From the NCBI GenBank assembly GCA_032718475.1, contig JAUCBJ010006468.1, positions 1-64,000 of the forward strand: DNA of 64,000 nt, read 5' to 3'. Numbering within the stretch: the first letter of the stretch is position 1; each line of letters starts with the position of its first letter. Position numbers and translations under genes: made by a program. The notes under the pieces are model-generated. The model was given only the letters and a program-made list of their open reading frames with translations, did not search any database and was not told the origin of the DNA. Of this stretch, positions 51,614 to 63,700 are shown in pieces. The stretch comes from Nemertoderma westbladi. Lineage: Eukaryota; Animalia; Xenacoelomorpha.

Positions 51614-53510
51614 TGTAAGGGTCCAGTAGTATACCGCTTACCAGATCCTAGTAACGATGTATCTTACTATGAGACTCTAGTAATGTATACGGGCTCGTAC
51701 AGTATCTGACAACAAATCCCAGTCCAGGATATCTAAATAAACAGATACAATACACTAACGACTACTGGCGAGGAACAGAGCCTAGTATCTATTCTATGTA
51801 CGTGAGCGGGTCTAATGCCTACGTACTAGACAAAAGGATACCTGTCCTCTAACCGGTGAGGCAGATGTACAGTTACAGTAACAGACCAAACTCACGGGAA
51901 AACAATCCCCGCGCAGCGAATCCTAACTATCACTGACAGTCCTAAATACAGTAACTTGCCGCGGTGTGATTTATATGGTTTATATACGAACTAGGTGGTT
52001 AACAGACCTAGTGTAACAATGCTGATTACCCCTGTCTAAATCAGCCTAAAAGTCGTGCCTAAATGTAACGATAACTGATCCCCCTGTACGAAATCAGTCT
52101 AAAGGGTCAGGCCTAAATGTAACAATACTGCTGGACAGAAAACAACAGTTTAATAACGAAAGTGAAATACTCCTTATTGCCGCAACTAAATCAGATCCTA
52201 ATTTTACAAATACAGATAATTTCTACCTAAAATAATGTATAGTGCGCTATAGCTAGTAGAACTCTAAGGGCAATATGTTTTAGGGCGTGTGTGTGTGGGT
52301 GTGTTACAAATAAAACAATTTTGTGTATTTCCTTTTACTAGGTTTTAGTGATTTTCTGACCGAAATGATACCGTGCGCTAGCTACTAAAATAAACTAGTC
52401 GCGTTTTGTAGAACTTTATACTCACAAATGACGTCAAAGCTCTCTCCTTCCTATCCACAACCCAATGGGCAACCACGGTGTTAGTAACTACACCCGTGAT
52501 CGGCACTAATACCAGATTCTGGTTGTAAGATAAGAAATAGGGGTTAATCGCTACCGTACGTTAGCTGATCTGGTATACTAATTTAATTCTAGAATTTTGT
52601 TGCTGCGGTAGTTAGCAGCAATACCTATCAGTACGTGGCAAGGCGCGGTAGGATATTAATAAACCTCCCTAGGCCAAGCAGTGTGCCGGTAGCAGAAATA
52701 CTCCTTGCCTGATCAAATAGCTAACTCCAGACAGGGGGGGGGGGGGGGTAGGGGGGGGGTACTAATGTACGTTCTACAAAGCGAACCGGTACCAAACAGT
52801 CAATACTACGAATCACTAAATTATGGAACATATGCTGTCCGTACCTAATATGTACTCGCGTACTGACGAATGGCAATAGTTCGCACCTGTAGGAAGTACA
52901 GGTTAACCCAGGGGTTCGTAGGACTGACAAGGGGGGGGGGGGTGTTTCTGTCTGAATATAATTATTTGATCCTAAATTTGCGGCGTCCAGGACGGCGTCA
53001 CGCTTACCCTGATCTATAGGTCTTACGGCGGGCAAGGGCGTCGAACAAAGTCTTACCTTCTCACAAAGCGGGCGCTGCATGGCAAGTTGAGCATTTCGAA
53101 GGGCAAACGGGGTGCGCGGTCAATCCAAATGTGGGCGCTAGCGTGTTGTGGACATCTTTTCCCTGCGTTGCTTACGGCCTAACGGTCTAGGCTGCCATCT
53201 TCCTGATGTTTGGCTGTCCCAAAGTTGGACCAAAAGAAAACATGTTCAGGAATTTGCAGTATATTTACAGTTTTACAAAGGATTTATCAAATAAAGTTTC
53301 AACAAGAAACCGAAATAAACTAATTTTACAAGAATAAGAGAGTGTGTAGATAATAACATAAGTGATAACCGAAGGCAAACCGGCCTTTTTATACTAAATA
53401 TCGCACATGGAAACCAAACAGAATTTTCCACAGCTTCACATTTAAGCAATAAAGTGCTTCGTACCCTATGATTGGCCGAGCTCATCGTTCAACGCAATCC
53501 GGCCCTTACA
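51614..53510 (-). repeat. Putative 3' LTR of element E
   Basis: tgtaagggtcc at the satellite break and ggcccttaca at 53501-53510 form inverted termini. The partner LTR is outside the window, so the inner boundary is tentative. Confidence 0.5.
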
Positions 53511-53679
53511 CTAATCTGGGACATGGAATCCTAACAGAATTTTCCACTGCCTCACATTTGAGCAATAAGATAATTTATGCCCTATGATTGGCCTGGCTCA
53601 TCATTCGCTACGTTGTATGCTTCTCATTGGTCCACCAATTAGCACCAAACGAAAATAAATGGCCCCAAAATACAAATTT

Positions 53680-53749
53680 CCCGACCGGGATTCGAACTCG
53701 TAACCTATGTAATGTAACCAACGCCTTAACCATCTGACCACTACGCTAC
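53680..53749 (-). other. tRNA-derived sequence (pseudo-tRNA or SINE head)
   Basis: gtagcgtagtggtcagatggttaaggcg...gagttcgaatcccggtcggg has A and B boxes, but the acceptor and anticodon stems do not pair well. Confidence 0.6.
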
Positions 53750-54526
53750 GAGAGTACCTAAGGGTTTTATGTGTACAAATATGAATAGGCATATTACATT
53801 ACTGTAACTTAATCAAAATGCGTCGGATTTTCGAAAGTTTTTACATTAAAGTTAAACTACAAATGCTACCTTATAGTGAAATAATTCATCACCGCTCCAT
53901 GAAAACAGTAAGTAAGACTGTTTTCACCAATCGAAATATAAAATATTTACAAACGACTTCTAAATCTACTGGTAGGGCCTAAAATATAAAATATAATCAC
54001 TATCTAATTATTGCATACTTAATATTGCAGATACGGCGTAAATACAATCGATCGTACATACAAATACAAATTTACTAATTAACTTTAGTGCCTAAAATAC
54101 AAAAAAAGGCTTTCGGTTATCAATGTAAGCAAATTAAACAAATCAGAACAAATAAATCAAAACAAATCGAACAAATAATTGTAACTCTTTCGATAAATCT
54201 TTATATATTGTAAATATACATAATAAACCTTCACCAAATTAAATCAGTCCAATATAAAATAAACATAATGCGCTAAAATCCTTCAAAATAAGTCTTAACG
54301 TGTCCTCCTGACGATCTAAATAGTTCGTCCTGCTGGTCTGGATATCTTCTCCTGAGCATTAATTGCTAACGGTAGGCTCGCAAGCCTTCCTTTCCATATC
54401 TCGCTCCTCCAAACCCAACATTCAAACATAATGTCCAATATAAATATCCAAATATAATATCCAAATAAAATATCCAAATAAAATATCCGAATCGGTAGGC
54501 TCGCAAGCCTTCCTTCCACTCGCTTC

Positions 54527-55045
54527 CTATTCCTTCGCTGAGCGGGCTCGTCCACGTCCTCTAGTGCGATTGGGGGGTGGTCGAGGTCGAACTGGGCTCG
54601 GACTTCGGCGTCGAGTCGTCGGTGGTTCCAAAACGCTAGGAAAGGGGACGACGGGAGTTTCGCACATCCGTCGTGCGCTCAATCCTCTAAATCCTCGTCC
54701 GATTCCAACTGACGGCTTAACATCGGATCGAGTTTCTACAACGCTAGGAGGAAGTCGAAAAGGTAGGACCGTTCCGTCCGTTGACACCTCGCTCTCTGAC
54801 GTCGTTTGAATCCTAATGGGTTCAGTCAAAGTGTATCCTGTCCCTCCGCGTGGTTCTCTAGCAAGGGAAACCGTGCCCCGAGTCATCCGGATTTGCGACT
54901 TCGATGTCGTCCTCTCGGCGACATTTACTATCTTCTTAGTCTCTTGTCCGGCCTTCTGGGCTTTGAGTATACGAAATTGCTGATCATCCTGTGGGTGACG
55001 CGTCTTCTCTGCTAACGGCGTGGCCTTGAAGCCAGTCTCACGCAA
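54527..55045 (-). CDS. Basic R/S/P/T-rich ORF downstream of the E exonuclease gene
   Basis: 172-aa frame ending RRRSPSPVRPRPPPNRTRGRGRARS. An ATG overlapping the previous stop (55131-55133) may be the original start, offset by a frameshift. Confidence 0.45.
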   Translation of the reverse strand: MRETGFKATPLAEKTRHPQDDQQFRILKAQKAGQETKKIVNVAERTTSKSQIRMTRGTVSLAREPRGGTGYTLTEPIRIQTTSESEVSTDGTVLPFRLPPSVVETRSDVKPSVGIGRGFRGLSARRMCETPVVPFPSVLEPPTTRRRSPSPVRPRPPPNRTRGRGRARSAKE

Positions 55046-55129
55046 AACGTCGGTCTCGTCCAGAATGCACGAGGTTACGCGTTTGTGATAAAATGCGCTC
55101 CGGTATGCCCAAGCTATCGAATGCCAGGC

Positions 55130-57347
55130 TCATCGATTCCGCTGTTCAACTCGCAGTTTATCGAATTCTCCGGCGGTAATCTTGTTCACCACAGTTTGAA
55201 AGTTCCAAGTATTCTTGTTGTCGGGGTGCACTTGTAAGAAATAGTCCCGCACAACTTTGAATCCACTGTCCAACGGCAATATATCCAATACCTCCAACAA
55301 TTCATCGTACTGAGGCATAGCCGATACATATCCTTCCTTTGACATTATGAGAGGGTTTACGGCCCAAAATCCCAAATGTGCTCTCATAGGGAAGCGGCGT
55401 CGCTGCGTCGATACATGTTCGTCTGCTAGATCCTCCCAATGGTCGAATAATTGTCGAACGATTTTAACTGACATGTGCTCATAGGGGACGTCTCTAAGTT
55501 GACATTCGGATGCCCTATGGCCCTTAATATTACAATAAGTACACTGCGCCACGAAACGCCAGCAAGTGTAGAAAGTGTGCGAACGTTGATCCCCGCACCA
55601 GTTGCATACTAAATCCGGTAGAGATATGTGCTTCGCTCCGCACTTCTTTGCGTGATGGCCAGTTGCTCCACATCTGCCACAAATAGTGTTGGCAGGATAC
55701 CAAACTCGCTCATAGATGAGATCTCCGATGGGGCGAGCGCTACCGTCCACGTGATAATTCTCATCATCCGGGTCAGTCGGTATGTTCGTCTCCGTAGGTT
55801 GTACACAAACCATGGCATCGCTTTTCTCCAACTCGCGTATCTCAGTTCGCGTCTTCCTCGGAAGGTTCTCCTCTATTTCTATGAGTTGCCGTAACGGTTT
55901 GTCTATTAGCGCCAACTCGGTCGGATCCACATCGTCATGATGGGCGGTAGGCTCGCGAGCCTTCCAGGATCCTTCCGGGCATTCGAATTCCGCGTGGCGT
56001 TCCCCGTCGTAGGGTACTAACGTTAACATCGACGGTCTGTCGACTAGACTTCCCGCGTGAGTGAGATAGACGTCCCTGAAAACGCTAAGTCCCGCTCGCG
56101 TGAAAACTTCGCAGTGCGCATCGGTGTTATAAAAGGGTTGGAGAAATCGTCGGAATACATCAGTATGCGTCCTTCCTCCATCGTAAAAGGTATGTCCTTC
56201 GCCAAGACATAACGGGTGTCGCTTTAGGGTTCTGGATACTACGTCTGCGATGAAACAAACGTTAACCGAAGATTCTATCGCTAAATAGTATTGCAAGATT
56301 ATCCGCGGAGGTGAAGTAATCGCCCAATACACGCAACCTCGCCACTTCAACTGTGACTCGAACTCGTTTACGCCGGGGGTATCTCCCTCTCCGTATACGT
56401 CCGTGTATTTGTTCCTCTTACTCTCCTTGTAATCCCAACTGAACATTAGATATGAGATATAACCCGTCCCAGTTTTTAGCGTGTTATACTCCCTAAAGTA
56501 TCCTTGCTCAATAGCCCAAAGCAACAATGGTCTAGTATCCACGTATGGCGTAGGCAATCGGTCCTCTTCCGTGGGCATCCCGGCAAAGTCGCTAATGAGG
56601 TCATCCCGTACACCGGATCCGATCTTGACGATGCTCTTATCCAACACAACGTCTCGCACGGCCTTTGGCAACATCCTAGCTTCTATGCTACAAGCCAGGT
56701 CCATGGATTTAACTATCCGTTTTATCATCGCGTGTCTTTGCGTCGTTCCTTCCGGCATAGGCATCTTCCTATCACTCCTCTGTCGGCTGAAGACATGTAA
56801 CACGCCATCTGGTGCTCTAATCTGTATAGTCTTTGAAGTGAGGCTTTGCTGATGGCTTCCTCCTTCATTATCGTAAAACATATAACCATTCTCTTTCAGA
56901 GATCGGCTAGTCACGTCCCAATCGTCGAGTAAATCGTCGGTAGGGTTCCAAATTCTCCCAATCGACTTTTCATCATAGAAACTAATAGGTTTACCGGTCC
57001 AATTGGTCGCGATATCGGTGTCGGTCTCAAACGTTCCAACTCCGATCCATAATTGAATCGTTTTCGTCAGATATCCTCGCAAGATACAAGGTGCGATATC
57101 CGTCCCCGCGCGATCCACTTCCTTAAAGTCCGTGATATGTGGAGGCACGTTGCGTACGATTTTTTGAACTATTACTTTACGCAACTCGGCTGACTCTAAC
57201 ACATCACCGAAGGTAACCGATGGGAGGAAATCCAGGTTCGAGATGATCTCCGGGTGTTCAACTATAGGGATCTCGTAAGTTGTCTCCTTCCGGGTCGGTA
57301 TACTAATAGGAAAACTAGTTGGTCTCGCAACCGGTACTATCGCTCCA
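55130..57347 (-). CDS. Element E accessory gene, 3' part: DEDD 3'-5' exonuclease plus three CCHC zinc knuckles
   Basis: MFYDNEG, IQI, LPKAVRDVVLDKSIVKIGSGVRDD, VDTRPL, TGTGYI, LQYYLAIES; CGRCGATGHHAKKC, CNWCGDQRSHTFYTC, CTYCNIKGHRASEC. Uninterrupted frame of ~740 aa. Confidence 0.8.
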
Positions 57348-59102
57348 GGCACGTTCCACGGTAAAGTACGTGACTGTCAGAGACCAATTTTTACATTCTT
57401 TTGCAAATTACATATATCCAACAGTCTTCATAGAGCATCAACTTGTGATATTCTGAGAGACAAAGTATTCTGCTACACGTTTAGTATAGAAGCTAAACTT
57501 CTTAGTGTAAATGGCGTTAGTAATCATCAACCAAACGCAGGTAAAGTACGTGACGCGCAGAAATTTTAAAATATATTTTTTTTAATGTAAGTCCAAAATC
57601 CAGCGAATTGAGCAACTTGAGGTAATAAATGAGTCCACAGCAGCCAAGAGGTAATATTGCTGTTTCCAAAACAGCCTTTATTGACATTTCAAACCTAACG
57701 CTATTCGGTGAATTTGATGTAAAACAAAGTAAAGTACGTGACATTGCCAAGTAAAGTACGTGACCCATGCGATTTCATTCGAATATCCAAATCTATTTCA
57801 CCCCGCTTCCATGCGGCAATATATTTTTACAATCCAATTTGGTAACGAAATTAACTAGAAACAGATTCTATCATATTTTTAAAGACCGGGTGATTGAAAA
57901 TAATAATCAAATTTTGATTAACCAACGGTTATTATAGTCCATGTTTCGCTATTACACACACTGGTGATATCATGTATTGTCTTTTTTATTGTGCAGTAGT
58001 CGCAGTTCGTATAGCGTGATGGGGGATTGCTTATTCTTAATGACGTTGCCACGGCCCTAGCTGTATCTGTATCGAGGTTACCGCTAGGCGCTATGGTACT
58101 GGCACGTTTCTAATTAATTAGAACCATACTAAGTCTGGGGGAAAATGTTGCTGTCATCTCATTAACCATGGGCCATGCGCGCGTTATCAATTATTGATAA
58201 TATTTAATTGGTTGTCTCTGGGGAAACAATAGTTCATAACAAATGGACTTATATCACCCCACCCTGATCTGTTAGACATATCGTTTTGCATGCTTCAGTT
58301 GCAGGTGGATAGAGTTGTCATCCAATAGACGCCGAGCTCCTCCAGGTGTCCTGATGGGCAGGATTCACAGTGTGTGATGCGCTGGCACTGCTTAAGTGGT
58401 CAGTTATAGTCCATACAACCGTTACCTACTTTACGGAAAAATATTTTTATGTCACGTACTTTACGAAAAAATATTTTTATGTCACGTACTTTACGAAAAA
58501 ATATTTTTATGTCACGTACTTTACGAAAAAATATTTTTATGTCACGTACTTTACGAAAAAATATTTTTATGTCACGTACTTTACCATTGTAAATGTGTCA
58601 AAAGCACAGAATTTTCGAGAAATGTTCAACGCAAAACATGTAAATATACTTTAATATTGTAGATTCCACTTTTAGTTCCCATGGAGCTAAATTTGACTTT
58701 ATATAATAAAATAATACATATTTTTGGTAAAGTACGTGACATTCAAATTGCCTCATTCAAAAATCAAAAGTATTAGTCAGTCAACTCGTTTTAAATCATG
58801 AACAACGTGGCATTGCATTCCCAAAATGTATATATTCCATCTGAAAAGGCTGAAAATAGCAAAACTGTATTGCATTGTATCAAATTTTCAAAAAACAAAA
58901 TGTCTCTAATTTTGACAAAAAAATTGAAATTTTAACGCACCAGCTACCAGAGTAATTTACGATACTAAAATTTATAAATTTGAGATTTATAGTTGCAGAT
59001 TCGTATTCTGCGATAAATTTCGATCTAGTAAAAGTTCACAAAAGCCAACAATACCTAATTTTTAGAAATGAGCCCTTGGTTGACGTTATCGTGGAACGTG
59101 CC
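57348..59102. mobile_element. Non-autonomous TIR DNA transposon (1755 bp)
   Basis: TIRs ggcacgttccacg(g/a)taa, TSD TCCA at 57344-57347 and 59103-59106. About 10 internal gtaaagtacgtgac motifs in both orientations, including a 30-bp tandem array at ~58425-58586. Confidence 0.85.
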
Positions 59103-60041
59103 TCCAGTAGAATGGGGCTGAGGTTCTCGCGTCATCTCGACATGAGGTATCTGTAGTCTCTGCGAAAAATGCTGAGCAAAGGTGATACTATCGAAGAGCT
59201 CGGGTGTCATCTCCTTGGGTTCGGTTTGATCGTGGGATATCCAATAGAATGGTAGGCTCGCGAGCCTTCCGCCGAACTCCTCGATCTCGCCTTTCTCGTA
59301 CGTCTTGTACGCCCTGTAGAGGCTCAAAGCTTCCCGTTTCTCTTGTGTCGACTTATTAGACTCGTCCACTACCATGCTGTAGACGTCTGGTTCGACTAAT
59401 TTAGGTTCGTAAATAACGATCTCACCCGCGTTCGGTCCACTCATTTTAAACGAATGATACGGATTTGTCAAAGGGTATCCGCCTTCTTGGTAACGTAGAC
59501 TTTGGTGGTGTGAACATCGCGCTAATATCGGCTCGGGGTTCTCCGAGTTCAACCGCATAGGAATCGCGTTGTCTTGCTCGCGCATACACGCTCCACATTT
59601 ATAAAACAGTTTGTATATGGAGAACGCGTCCTTGGTCTCTGGATCCGCTCCTCGAGCGCGTCTATAAAGATGCATTCCTTCAAATTCGTCTCTAGCTGCA
59701 GGTAAGGGTTCGTTTACCGTCAAATATTGCAGCGTATGATACAATCGGCGTATTTCGGTGTCTGGATCCTCGCAAATGTCGCTAGCGTCGCATAACGCAT
59801 CGTAGGGATATAACGCATTGTACTCCAAGCGTAATTCCTCCGTTCTTTTGTTGTATGCGTCCAACCGCTGTCGCGTAACATTCGGGTCCGCCTTGGATTT
59901 AGCGAGCTTGGCCGTACTCCTAGCCACACTCTCCACTCCAAACACACTAAAGTTTTTAGCTCCATAACGATTGAATGGCGCCTGGTGCTCTTGTTCTTGC
60001 GTAAACCCTTGACGTAACTCTTTATACATCTTCTCCGCCAT
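59103..60041 (-). CDS. Element E accessory gene, 5' part (313 aa), in frame with 55130-57347 after transposon removal
   Basis: ATG at 60041 with CGAC...CSHH motif. The junction rebuilds ...HSTG-AIVPVARPT... Confidence 0.78.
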
Positions 60042-60777
60042 CGTATACGAATATATATGTGGTTACATATCGTTACGTTTCTACTAGATGAAGCACAAAA
60101 TAGAGGTTAGATGTGAGGTGACTTAGAGTTTGTCGGCTTTGGCTCAACTCTGCTCTAAACCCCAACCCATTTTGCCTAATGATTTCGGGTTCGCGTGATT
60201 TCGCACTGGCTCCTAATCCAAAAAATGTGCCGATAAAAAACGAATTCCGGGTAAACTAGCCGCGAGTCTAAAATACTCACCTTTTAATTTCCCAAACTAC
60301 GTTTCCAAAGAAAAATAGTGCAGTCGAGAATTAATTGGTCTAAATAATAGTAGACACGACTACGTAGAACAAGACCGATTTTCTTTTCCAAAAAAAAATT
60401 TTATCAGTAGGCTCGCAAGCCTTCCATCCGCTCTTGTCCTCCCCAAATTTAATTTTTATCTAGCTGTATTCTAGAATTTGCTTTCACTGGAGAATCGTTT
60501 TTCTTAAATTTAAATCCAAATAAATGGATTTGTCTAATAAATTTTGAAAAATGTCTCACTTGTGGGTTCCAAGTGGAATTCCATTCCTACTGTACACACA
60601 ATCCCGCCCCTATGTGATACATAAGGGTACTACCCTCCATGTTCACGCATAAAGACAATGGAATTCCACTGCTGTCTCTATCTACAGTGAAGAGGATTAC
60701 AAATGCACGTACAGTAATACAAATACAAATAACTAAAATACAGTAGGTCTATGTGGCGGCCGATCAAGGTCCCACAT

Positions 60778-63700
60778 CTATTTACTAATATTGGGTGGAG
60801 ATTTGTAGTCTCCCGTCTCGTTTCTAGTCTCCTCAAGGAGCACGAGACGTTGTACAGGCCTATCTACGGTACGTCCGTCGATAGTCCTTACAGTAACTGT
60901 CCTCACTACACCAGATGTAGGGTGCGTGGTCAAAATGACTCCAGTCAGCCAAAACCGTCTTTTCAGATTAGCTTCAGCCAATAAAACATGGTCACCATGT
61001 CTTAAACATCGGGTATTTAGATACCAAGAGGTTCTGGTTGAAATAGAGGGCAAATAATATTTCTGCCATATTTCCCAGAATTTATTTGCAAGTAATTGAG
61101 TGATTTTCCAAGCCTTGTTGCCGTATCCGTCACTATCAACGGGTACCGAAATGGGCAACAATGTCGTTGGCGCCTGCATAAGCAGGTGCACTGGTGTCAA
61201 GGCAAACTGTACGTCGTTATTGTCTGGGATCAAAGCGATCGGTCTGGTATTTAAGATTGCTTCGATTTCTATTAGTAACGTCGTTAGTTGGTCGTCTGTC
61301 AAGATGTGTTGCGTCGGTACGACTTTAGCCATAGCTGTCTTTATTGAGCCAATCAGCCTTTCCCAAACGCCGCCTCTCCACGGACTGTCTGGAGTATTGA
61401 AAAACCAAACAATACGGTGAGGACGTAGTTCCTCTGAAATCTGGTTTTGGTCCAACTTTCTCAAAGCTCTGGTTATTTCGTTCCGTGCACCCACAAAGTT
61501 TGTCCCTTGGTCGCAATATATGGATTTGACCAATCCACGTCTAGCGATAAATCGCCGTAAGGCTAGGATAAAGGCATTGGTGGTCAAGTCTGTCACTCGC
61601 TCTATATGGACAGCTCTGCTGGCCATGCAAGTGAAGATCAATCCCCAACGTTTTACCTGTACCCTTCTGCGTTTCGCGATTATGGGTCCAAAACAGTCTA
61701 TCCCTGTCTCAGTGAAAGGGGGTCTAAACGCCTGTAATCTAGCTAATGGTAGTTCACTCATTTCTTGGTGTCCTATCCTCGCGTGCACCTTCTTACAAAT
61801 AATACAGTTCCGTGTTACCGAACTCAGTGCCTTACTAGGTCTAATCAGTACAAACCTCGAGAAGTGTGATAGACAGTGGTGTCTACCTACGTGTTTGAGT
61901 TGTACATGTGCGTCCAGTATCATAGCGCGCTGTAATTCATGGTGTTGCGGTATGATGATAGGATACCTAAAGTCAAGTGCAAAGTCGATGTTTTGGAGTC
62001 TGGACTTGTGACAAAGTAAGCCCCGGTAAATAATCGGACTCCAACTCAAAATCGGTGAAGACTTAATCTGTTTACCTTGTTTGATCGGTGTGAACTCTCG
62101 TGCGAAATATCGCAATTGATAATGTCGAATGATATCAACTTCACAGTGGCCAATTTCCTTTAAGGTAAGTCTTCTAGGAAAGTCGCGTTTGCCTCTGGCA
62201 TATTGTCTCAATCGTTTGAGCCATGCTAACTTGCGGCACGCGTCAGTCCATGATCTAGTTAGGTTCACTATCCTGTCAATGTAAGTGTTGGTGACGTCAT
62301 CAGGTAAGGTGTAGTCGTAGTGTGGATACTTGTCTGGACTTGGTAGGCCCACGGGCCTTCCGGTAGGTTTGTCTGAGTCCCCAAGTACGTCAATCTCTAC
62401 GGTCTTACCTTTACCGTCCGCACCTAATGTGTCGACTGGCAGTAATGGTTTCAACTCTACAGTGTCAGTGTGTTCCTGTGAGCCTGTAAGCTTCCTAACC
62501 TTAGTCACACGTTTACCTGTAGGTAAGTCAAGTACCTTCTTCGAGCGGAGTGTAATCCCTGTGGCCACACCTTTGTCGTCCAAAGAAGTCAAATTTGGTG
62601 AGTCTCTAAAGGTCCGCTCCAATGGGTCTTCTAATGGAGTGTCTAGTAGACAGTCTGGTGAAGTGTCTGGTGAACAGTCTGGTGAGACGTCTGGTGAGAC
62701 ATAGCGCGGAACATCCGGCGAAATGTCCTGTCGTCGGTCCCAAAGTCTGTCTAGCGTAACTTCTGTCAGAAAGTCTAGTCCAAAGTCTGGTCTAAAGTCT
62801 GGTGGACAGTCTGTCGAGATGTCTGGTGGAAAGTCTGGTGAGACGTCCGGTAGACATTCTGTCGAGAGTTCCATCAAACAATCTGGCGAACAATCCGGAG
62901 AACAATCTGGTGTCGCTTCTGGTGAATAATCTGGCGAGTAATCTGGTGAACAATCCGGCGAAACATCTGGTGAAATCTCCCGCGGAACATCCGGCGAAGG
63001 ATTCGTACAAGCGTCTGGTCGAATGTCTGGTGAGACGTCTGGCGTAATGTCAGGTCTGGCATCCAGGTCATCAGATTTCGTCCGTCCTTTTTTCCTCTTG
63101 ACCTTGGCGTTGGCTTTCGCTTTAGACTTGACAACCTTGTCGAGTTTTATCTCGGCACCCTCTGGTATGGTGTTGGTTGTCGCGTCGAATAACGGTGGCC
63201 ATTCGTCTGATGGTCGCTGTAGGAAATCGGGTCCTCTAAACCAAAAGGATTTATTGTCCGGTTTACAAAAGTCAAGCGGTTGCATCCCCCGTGACGCGAT
63301 GTCAGCTGGGTTCAGCTTCCCTGGACAGTGACGCCAATCTTGTTTGAGCGACCGGTCTAATATTTCAGCCCGTCTGTTGGCTACGAAAGTCTTGAACTCA
63401 AATGTTTCGTTGTTTATGTACCAAAGTACCAACGTCGCATCCGTCCAATATGTGACCTTCAAGTTAGCCTCCAGCTCGCGTTGAACTAGACTGACAATAT
63501 CTGTGGATATCGTCCCGGCTTGCAGCTCCCCACGAGGTACAGTCATATACTTCAAAGGCATTGTTCTAGCCCTTGAAGTAACGAGAGATACATCGTAGCT
63601 GTCCGATGTCACTTGTCGTCTAAGGTATAAAGTAACCCCCAATCCATCCTTGCTAGCGTCACTAAAGCTGTGAAGCTCTAAATCGGCAGGAAAGGTGGTT

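Noticed and set aside
53680-53749. Functional tRNA gene
   Set aside because: Acceptor and anticodon stems do not form a proper cloverleaf.
58425-58586. 30-bp repeats as CRISPR or as the 94-aa/88-aa ORFs
   Set aside because: Spacer-less tandem motif inside a TIR element.
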